From positions 1-56,858 of the IMG/VR virus record IMGVR_UViG_3300049841_000045: a stretch of DNA of 56,858 nucleotides, one strand, 5' to 3'. This DNA comes from a virus. Taxonomy: Duplodnaviria > Caudoviricetes. Below the pieces are notes generated by a model. The model saw only the letters and a program-made list of their open reading frames with translations, made no database searches and had not been told where the DNA came from. This document shows, one piece after another, positions 19,206-25,698 of the stretch; position 1 is the stretch's first letter; each line of letters begins with the position of its first letter. The translations under genes were made by a program, and so were the position numbers.

Positions 19206-21086
19206 GTGAGCATAGATACAGTCAACGACCTTCCCTCCCGCGTTCAGTACGTTGCGTCAGCGGCGCAGACGGACTTCGACTATCCGTTCCCCGTCTTCCA
19301 GGATGCGGATCTCGTCGTGGATGTCGACGGCACCACCAAGACGCTGACGACGCACTACACCGTCGCCGGGGAAGGCAACGACTTGGGCGGTACGGTTACG
19401 TTCGGTGCCCCGATGGCCGGCGGGGAGATCGTAACAATTTACCGCCAAATTGCTGTCGAGCGTAGCACCGACGTTCAGCAGAACGGGCCCTGGAGTTCAG
19501 TCGCGTACAACGATGAACAGGACAAGACCTACCTGATCCTACAGCAGTTGGATGACCGGTGCGATCGATCCCTGCGTATCCCGGTTACGGCGGAAGTGGA
19601 CGACGCGGATATCGAGTTGACGGTGGCGAACTACGCCAACAAGTACCTGACGTTCGACGCGGATGGCAAGCCGACTCCTGCGGTGCTGAGTTCAACGACG
19701 ATGACGCAGGCGATTGTTGGGAACTTGCTGTACCCGAGAACTGCCGCGGAGATTAGCGCGGGGGTTACACCTACGGATTATGCCTACCAAATTTTTGATT
19801 TAAGACGGTACGGAGCAGATCCAACAGGAAATGCGTTCAGTGATTCTGCTATGTCGTCAGCCATATCTGTATGTGGAAGTACCGGCGGTACGATTTTGGC
19901 TCCTGCTGGCGTCTACAAATTCTCTAGCGCGATATCACTAAGCCAAAAAACAGCTATTACCATACAGGGCGATGGCGCACCTACTAGTGGAGCGCAACCC
20001 GCGACGAGATTCATTTATAGCGGCACTGGGTCTGGTGTATGGATTTCTATGCAATCTTCTGTCGGGTGCAGACTCCGTAAATTACAGTTGATGCATAGTG
20101 GCGCCAGTTTCACAGGAACCTATATAAAGTGCGGGAATGACGGATCGCACGGAGATTCTACTTTTTGCGGGATTGAAGAATGCGTAATTGGGGCCAGTGC
20201 CAGTGGCACAACTCATTTGGATCTCGATAAATGTATCAATTGGTCCGCTGATAGATGCTTGTTTCATACTGGCAATCCAAGCGTAAAAGGGCAGGCCAAT
20301 ACAGGGTCTAGTTATTCAAATGTGGTCAGGTTTAGAGATTGCGAGTGGTATAACTCTACTGTTGCGCCAGTTTACGATTGTGGTCAGTCATGGATATTTG
20401 AAGGATGCACATTTGAAAAACTAAGCGGCGGCGGTGCTGGGGCTATCCTATCTAGCAATGGGACTACCAGCCAAGTTAAGGGTTTAACCATTAGTGGATG
20501 CTGGTTTGGCGACGCTACCAGCGGGGGTACATGGATAGATATTTCCGGTCAAGCGATATTCCTTAGTGGGAATTACATCAGCAGTAGCGCCACTAGTACC
20601 GGAATCAATTGTCGGTCAGTAAGCGGGATAAATGTCTTTGGTAACACGTTTGATACGCTATCCATTGGAATGGCGTTTACATCTTCTGCCGAGGTGGTAG
20701 TTAAGGGGAATATCTTCAACTCCGTTAGTACCGTATTCAGCAATGGGAATAATGTTTCTCAAGGATATGCGGATGTCGGAGCTAACTATGGGGCAGGGAT
20801 ACTAGGATCAAATCATGGTAGTCTGGGTAACAATGGATTTTTCATTGACCCGAACAGAGTTGTTAGACAATGGGGCAGTGTATCCGTTACCACAGGAACG
20901 CCTAACGCTATGTCGTTCCCGATAACTTTTCCCAGTAACATCTTCAATATCGTCGTATCACTATACAATCCTTCTGGTACTAATAACTCCGCCTACGTTT
21001 CTGCCGTTAGCACTTCAGGGGCAACTATAAACGTTGGTGGAACTGCCGGTAGCAATACAGTTTACTGGCAAGCTGTAGGATTGTGA
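19206..21086 (+). CDS. Tail fibre/spike 2 (paralogous anchor, different beta-helix, small C-terminal domain)
   Basis: N-terminal ~190 aa closely paralogous to 17383; DLRRYGADPTG..APAGVY; C-terminal RQWG...FPITFP...YWQAVG. Confidence 0.9.
   Translation: MSIDTVNDLPSRVQYVASAAQTDFDYPFPVFQDADLVVDVDGTTKTLTTHYTVAGEGNDLGGTVTFGAPMAGGEIVTIYRQIAVERSTDVQQNGPWSSVAYNDEQDKTYLILQQLDDRCDRSLRIPVTAEVDDADIELTVANYANKYLTFDADGKPTPAVLSSTTMTQAIVGNLLYPRTAAEISAGVTPTDYAYQIFDLRRYGADPTGNAFSDSAMSSAISVCGSTGGTILAPAGVYKFSSAISLSQKTAITIQGDGAPTSGAQPATRFIYSGTGSGVWISMQSSVGCRLRKLQLMHSGASFTGTYIKCGNDGSHGDSTFCGIEECVIGASASGTTHLDLDKCINWSADRCLFHTGNPSVKGQANTGSSYSNVVRFRDCEWYNSTVAPVYDCGQSWIFEGCTFEKLSGGGAGAILSSNGTTSQVKGLTISGCWFGDATSGGTWIDISGQAIFLSGNYISSSATSTGINCRSVSGINVFGNTFDTLSIGMAFTSSAEVVVKGNIFNSVSTVFSNGNNVSQGYADVGANYGAGILGSNHGSLGNNGFFIDPNRVVRQWGSVSVTTGTPNAMSFPITFPSNIFNIVVSLYNPSGTNNSAYVSAVSTSGATINVGGTAGSNTVYWQAVGL
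19695..19781 (+). repeat. 87-bp perfect direct repeat, copy 2
   Basis: Identical to 17890-17976. Confidence 0.95.
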
Positions 21087-21096
21087 GGAATAACTA

Positions 21097-21600
21097 ATGG
21101 CTTACTCAGACGACGACAAAATATCCGCGGCTGAAACCGTAGTAGAGTCTATCCCCTGGTGGGGGAAATTCCTGTCTTCCCTGGTCCCGACGCATGATAG
21201 TTCGGAACATAAGCAATACCGTTGGAGAGTGAGGATTGCCGTGGTAGCCTGTACAGCATTTTTCATCAGCGGCTATATGCTCGCCGCGTACATCCACTTC
21301 CCGCCCTTCGTGAGTAGCATCGTGCGCACCGAGGAATTCAACGCGCATGTGCAGTTCGAAGAAGCGCGGAACATCAGGCAGGATGAGGAACGCCTGCAGC
21401 TCATCAAGTCCATGGACGATCAGTGGGCCACGCAGCTCGACGCCCAGATCCTGCAATTGCGCAAGGATCAATGCCGGCTGCTGGCCGCCAAGAACCGGGA
21501 AGCCGCTTCTGTCGTCTTCGAGAAGATTCGTGAACGGATGAGCCGGTACTTCAAGCTCACCGGGCAGCAGTACGAACTTCCGGGATGCGAAGATATCTAA
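21097..21600 (+). CDS. Single-pass membrane protein with coiled coil (holin/antiholin candidate)
   Basis: TM segment IAVVACTAFFISGYMLAAYI; immediately upstream of the endolysin. Confidence 0.5.
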   Translation: MAYSDDDKISAAETVVESIPWWGKFLSSLVPTHDSSEHKQYRWRVRIAVVACTAFFISGYMLAAYIHFPPFVSSIVRTEEFNAHVQFEEARNIRQDEERLQLIKSMDDQWATQLDAQILQLRKDQCRLLAAKNREAASVVFEKIRERMSRYFKLTGQQYELPGCEDI

Positions 21601-22215
21601 ATGACGCCCTTCCAACTCAAGGCCATCTTCCCGAAGTGCATGGACATTACGTCCTGGGCCGGCGTACTCGACAAGATCGCGGTCGAGTTCGAGATCAACA
21701 CCCCGGAACGCATGGCTGCCTTCGTGGCCCAGTGCGGGCACGAGTCCGCTGAGTTTAACCGCCTACGGGAGAACCTGAGCTACTCGGCCCGGGGGCTCAT
21801 GGCCACTTGGCCAACCCGGTTCCCCACGGACGCGATCGCCGTGGCCTTCGCCCGCAACCCCCAGCGGATCGCCAACTACGTCTATGCGAACCGGATGGGG
21901 AATGGGCCCCCGGAGTCGAACGACGGGTGGAACTACCGAGGCGGGGGGCTCATCCAGCTTACCGGTAGGGCGAACTACCGGGCGGCAGGGAAGGCGATCG
22001 GAGTACCCCTGGAGACTGCCCCCTCCAAGATCGAACAGCCCCTTGTAGCGGCTCGAGCGGCTGGCCAGTTCTGGCAGTCGCACGGGCTGAACGAACTCGC
22101 CGACAGCGGGGAGTTTGAAAAGATTACCGAAACCATTAACGGCCCGGCCAAGCTGGGTCTTGCGGAGCGGAAGGCCTTCTGGGAGAAGGCCAAGTACGTT
22201 CTCGGAGGTGCCTGA
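21601..22215 (+). CDS. GH19 (chitinase-like) endolysin
   Basis: AAFVAQCGHES...ENLSYS, YANRMGN, YRGGGLIQLTGRANY, IT.TING..GLAER. Confidence 0.95.
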   Translation: MTPFQLKAIFPKCMDITSWAGVLDKIAVEFEINTPERMAAFVAQCGHESAEFNRLRENLSYSARGLMATWPTRFPTDAIAVAFARNPQRIANYVYANRMGNGPPESNDGWNYRGGGLIQLTGRANYRAAGKAIGVPLETAPSKIEQPLVAARAAGQFWQSHGLNELADSGEFEKITETINGPAKLGLAERKAFWEKAKYVLGGA

Positions 22216-22604
22216 TGAATCCCCTGGCTGGACTGAAGACCATTCTCCTGATGCCGCTTCTGGGCGTGTTCGCCGCGAAGTTCCAGCGCATCACGGGCGT
22301 CCCCATGACGCCCGAGGAGCAACTGATCGTGGCTGCAAGTATCCCGACGGGAGCGGCGATCGGTCTTCGGTTCGTGACGACGAGCCCGATCTTCTCGGGG
22401 CTGCGGAACTGGGTATCCCAGCCCGCCAAGCCCAAGCTGGTTGATTTGCCGGTCGAGACTACGGCGCTACTCGCTCATGCGATCGCGCTCAAGATGTCGC
22501 CGACTGTGGTTCTAGGTGTCGAGAAAGTTCTGGCACGGCGTCTTGCCGAAGCACAGGCTAAAATGAATCCGCCTCCGGCGGAAGGAGTGAAGACCAGTGA
22601 ATAA
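22215..22604 (+). CDS. Membrane protein, holin candidate
   Basis: Two hydrophobic segments followed by LRFVTTSPIF, a pattern seen in small phage holins; lies in the lysis cassette. Confidence 0.55.
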   Translation: MNPLAGLKTILLMPLLGVFAAKFQRITGVPMTPEEQLIVAASIPTGAAIGLRFVTTSPIFSGLRNWVSQPAKPKLVDLPVETTALLAHAIALKMSPTVVLGVEKVLARRLAEAQAKMNPPPAEGVKTSE

Positions 22605-23025
22605 GCGTTTTGTTATCGGGCTCGCGGCAGGGTTGATGCTGCTGTTGCCCGCCTGTTCGATGTTCCAGAATGTCGATCAGTCCAAGTTGATCGTGCAGAT
22701 CGCTACGATGAAAGTGATAGAGGCGCAGGGCCCCGCGCACTATCAGGAGCGAGCCGTCAACATCATCAAGATCGGCAATGAGGCCAAGACGTGGCTCGAT
22801 ACGAATGGCGTCTCGCTCGCGTTCCTGCGGGCGGCCATTGAGGCTCGTATCGCCAAGCTGAATCTGGCCCCCTCGGATCAGTTGCTGGCGGGGGTGCTGG
22901 TGGATGCGGCGATTGCGGAACTGCAGAAGAAGGTGGGCGATGGCGTGATCGACCCGCAGAAACTGTACTACGTGAACCAGGTTCTCGACTGGGCGATTGG
23001 CGCCGCGAAATTCTACACGGGCTGA
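22597..23025 (+). CDS. Lipoprotein (lysis accessory/spanin candidate)
   Basis: Signal peptide MNKRFVIGLAAGLMLLLPAC ending in a lipobox-like Cys. Confidence 0.65.
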   Translation: MNKRFVIGLAAGLMLLLPACSMFQNVDQSKLIVQIATMKVIEAQGPAHYQERAVNIIKIGNEAKTWLDTNGVSLAFLRAAIEARIAKLNLAPSDQLLAGVLVDAAIAELQKKVGDGVIDPQKLYYVNQVLDWAIGAAKFYTG

Positions 23026-23028
23026 CCC

Positions 23029-23487
23029 GTGTTCGTCGGTGAGCTAAAGTTCGAGCCAATCAAGGAGGCCCCGGGGGAATTCGTTCTCCTGGGGCCTTGG
23101 ATCTGGGTTCACCCGACGCATGGCGAGGTATGCATCCCCCCGGGATTCATCACGGACTTCGCCTCGACCCCACAGCTCCTGCGGGCGCTGCGGATCTTCG
23201 ACCCAGTGCGTTCGGGCAGCATCTTCGCGGCGCTCCCGCATGACTGGCTCTACTGCACGCAACTTCGCCCGCGGGAAGAGTGCGATGAGATCCTCCGGGT
23301 GGCATTGATCGAGAGCGGCATGTCCTCGGTGGCGGCCAGGACGTACTGGATGGGCGTTCGAATGGGCGGCTGGCTGCCGTGGAAGAGACGACTTGAACGC
23401 GGCGGCGGGGTACAGCCAGACGATTTTGCGAACGGCAGGACGTATGCGGAGTACAAGCGTGCCAGTATCCCGCAGCCCGAAGCATGA
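23029..23487 (+). CDS. DUF1353-family phage protein
   Basis: IPPGFITDFASTP...AALPHDWLY...R.ECD.IL...YWMGVRMGG. Confidence 0.85.
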   Translation: MFVGELKFEPIKEAPGEFVLLGPWIWVHPTHGEVCIPPGFITDFASTPQLLRALRIFDPVRSGSIFAALPHDWLYCTQLRPREECDEILRVALIESGMSSVAARTYWMGVRMGGWLPWKRRLERGGGVQPDDFANGRTYAEYKRASIPQPEA

Positions 23488-23992
23488 CCCGCAGCGACAA
23501 CGCGTCTATCGCTGGGAAGAAGACCTGACAAACTGGGCGGGCGCTCGAGCCAGCCAGAAAGAACTACGCCAGGTCATTCGTCGCTGTTGCGCGACGTATC
23601 GAGTCCCAGTTCCCCGGATGTACTTCGTTACCAAGAACCGTCGTAACGGCAAGCGGTTTCACAGCGAATACAACCCCAATCTCCACACGATCACCTTGCG
23701 CCCGCGCCACATGGACATGGGCTCCGCGATCCACGAATCCGCGCACGCGATCACCGACTGGATACTGGGGTACTGGCTCCAGCCCCACGGGAAGGAATTC
23801 CTCGGGGTGTATATCTCGCTGCTGACGAAACTGAAGATGCTCCCCAAGTCAGCACTCACCGCGCACGCCAAGTCCATGCGCTTAAAGTTCTGCGCTCACG
23901 CCCTGATCGGGCCAAAGCACATTCGCAGGCGGTTCAAGACCCGGGTGCGCAACGCACACCGGGAACGAAGAATGCTCAGGCTGTGGACGTAA
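23444..23992 (+). CDS. HExxH zinc metallohydrolase (Rv0185/TIGR04338- or SprT-like)
   Basis: DPQRQRVYRWE N-terminal motif, IHESAHAI and HGKEF. Start codon uncertain (ORF open from 23393). Confidence 0.7.
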   Translation: MRSTSVPVSRSPKHDPQRQRVYRWEEDLTNWAGARASQKELRQVIRRCCATYRVPVPRMYFVTKNRRNGKRFHSEYNPNLHTITLRPRHMDMGSAIHESAHAITDWILGYWLQPHGKEFLGVYISLLTKLKMLPKSALTAHAKSMRLKFCAHALIGPKHIRRRFKTRVRNAHRERRMLRLWT

Positions 23993-25355
23993 GCCCCTGC
24001 TGCAACCCGTCCTGGGTCGCAGCCTTGCTCTGTAAGAGCCCCACGTAATGATCATCGCGCGTGCCATCCGCTACGATGTGGTGGATACGGATATTCTTGC
24101 CGGCCCGCCTATGCCCACCCGTGAGCCGGGCGTTCACTTGCTGGTAGAGTTCCAGCGAGGGGTTAAGCCCGAAGTGGATCACGTCTTCGGCCCCCGCCTT
24201 GTACACATCGTTGAGCCCATGCCCGGCCGACGCGGGGTGTAGCACGCCGATCTCATAGTTCCCCGACGCCCACTCCACGAAGGACTTGTCTGACCGCAAG
24301 ATAGACCAGGGTCGGACTCCCTTACGCAGCACGGTCTGGATACGCTCCAGATCGTGCCGGTAGTGATAGGCGACCAACATCTTCCCCGAGATCCCCTCGA
24401 TCAACTCCTCGAGGGCATCCAGCTTCTCGGTATGGAACTCCACCCACTCCTCGCCGTCGATGTACACCGCACCGTTGGCGAGCTGCAGGAGTTTACCGTC
24501 CAGCACCCCGGCGTTAACGGCAGTCAGCGGCGTGCCCGCGACTTCCGCGGTGTACTTCTTGGCCATCTCCCGGTACGTACGCATCGCGGACTCCGGGAGG
24601 GTGACGCGGACGAACGTCTCGATGACCTCGGGCAGATCCAGATAGTCCTCCTCCCGCAATGACAACACGATGTCCGCCACGGCCCGCTGAATCTCCGGCT
24701 CCGCTCCGCGCTTGAGCACGGGGGTCTTGAACTGCCCATATCCTTCCAGATCGAACCACCGCTCCGTGAACGCCTTCTCGGTGATCCCCAGCCGTTCGCC
24801 GCGGTCCAGGAGATAGAGTTGACTCCATAGATCGCCGTACCCGTTGGGGGAGGGCGTTCCGGTAAGCTGCACCATACGGGGGAATAGCCTGCGCAGTCGA
24901 CGCATGGACTTCCAGCGTTTGGAAGACTGCGACTTGAAGGATTGCGACTCGTCCAGAACAACCAGATCCCACGGCCAGCGCATGATCTGCTTGCCGTTCG
25001 TGAGGAACTGGGCCTCGAGCCATTGGGTGTTCTCGCGGTTGATCGTGTGGATGTCCGAGGGCGTACGCATTGCGGCTACGCGCTGCTTTTCCGTGCCTCC
25101 GATGACGGATAGTGAGAGATGTTTAAGGTGCGCCCAAGTGTGGATCTCATCCAGCCAGACTTTTCTCGCCACCCGAAGAGGGGCGATGACGAGCATCCGG
25201 CGAACATCGAAGGCGGCTAGAAGATCGGAGAACGCGGTTAGCGTGGTGACACTCTTGCCAAGCCCCATCCCCACCCAGAGCGCGCAGTTGTCATGCGACT
25301 TGATGAACTCGACAGCGCGATGCTGGTAATGGTGAAGATCATCACGGTCTAACAT
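23976..25355 (-). CDS. SNF2-family helicase
   Basis: LHHYQ, MGLGKS, LVIAPLRVA, VVLDES, LTGTP, SAGHGLN, YQQVNARL. Confidence 0.95.
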   Translation of the reverse strand: MLDRDDLHHYQHRAVEFIKSHDNCALWVGMGLGKSVTTLTAFSDLLAAFDVRRMLVIAPLRVARKVWLDEIHTWAHLKHLSLSVIGGTEKQRVAAMRTPSDIHTINRENTQWLEAQFLTNGKQIMRWPWDLVVLDESQSFKSQSSKRWKSMRRLRRLFPRMVQLTGTPSPNGYGDLWSQLYLLDRGERLGITEKAFTERWFDLEGYGQFKTPVLKRGAEPEIQRAVADIVLSLREEDYLDLPEVIETFVRVTLPESAMRTYREMAKKYTAEVAGTPLTAVNAGVLDGKLLQLANGAVYIDGEEWVEFHTEKLDALEELIEGISGKMLVAYHYRHDLERIQTVLRKGVRPWSILRSDKSFVEWASGNYEIGVLHPASAGHGLNDVYKAGAEDVIHFGLNPSLELYQQVNARLTGGHRRAGKNIRIHHIVADGTRDDHYVGLLQSKAATQDGLQQGLTSTA

Positions 25356-25698
25356 CGCGCTCCCGTTTCGCTACGAGTTCCTTGAACTTCTCAAACCCGT
25401 CGCACTCGTATACATCCCAGCCCGCTTCGCGCATCTTACGCTGTTCGTCTTTCTGCGCATCCGTCGAAGTCTTACCGGGGGCCTTGAACTCCACGGCGAA
25501 CTTGTCCCGGTACTCCTGGTGCGCGAATAGGTAATCGGGCACTGAGCGCTGGGCGGGGGACGAGAATTTCCGCGCCCAGTACCCCCGCAGCCGTGCCCAG
25601 TCCACGGACTTCTTCTGAACGTCCTTCTCGAGAATGTCTTTGTGAATGGATTGTGAATCGAAAGCGTCGATAGTGAATGGGTCCCTGAGGTCTTTCAT
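25342..25698 (-). CDS. VRR-NUC domain nuclease
   Basis: EKDVQ...SVPDYLF...VEFKAPGK...Q PD-(D/E)xK pattern, next to the SNF2 helicase. Confidence 0.9.
   Translation of the reverse strand: MKDLRDPFTIDAFDSQSIHKDILEKDVQKKSVDWARLRGYWARKFSSPAQRSVPDYLFAHQEYRDKFAVEFKAPGKTSTDAQKDEQRKMREAGWDVYECDGFEKFKELVAKRERDVRP

Noticed and set aside
17383-21086. Diversity-generating retroelement or invertible tail-fibre switch
   Set aside because: No reverse transcriptase, the repeat copies are identical rather than A-mutated, and they are direct rather than inverted.
21598-21603. Stop-codon reassignment or readthrough suggested by in-frame stop-start junctions (also 14546, 51277, 52144)
   Set aside because: Conserved genes end at expected lengths under the standard code and downstream genes have normal N-termini; tight packing explains it.
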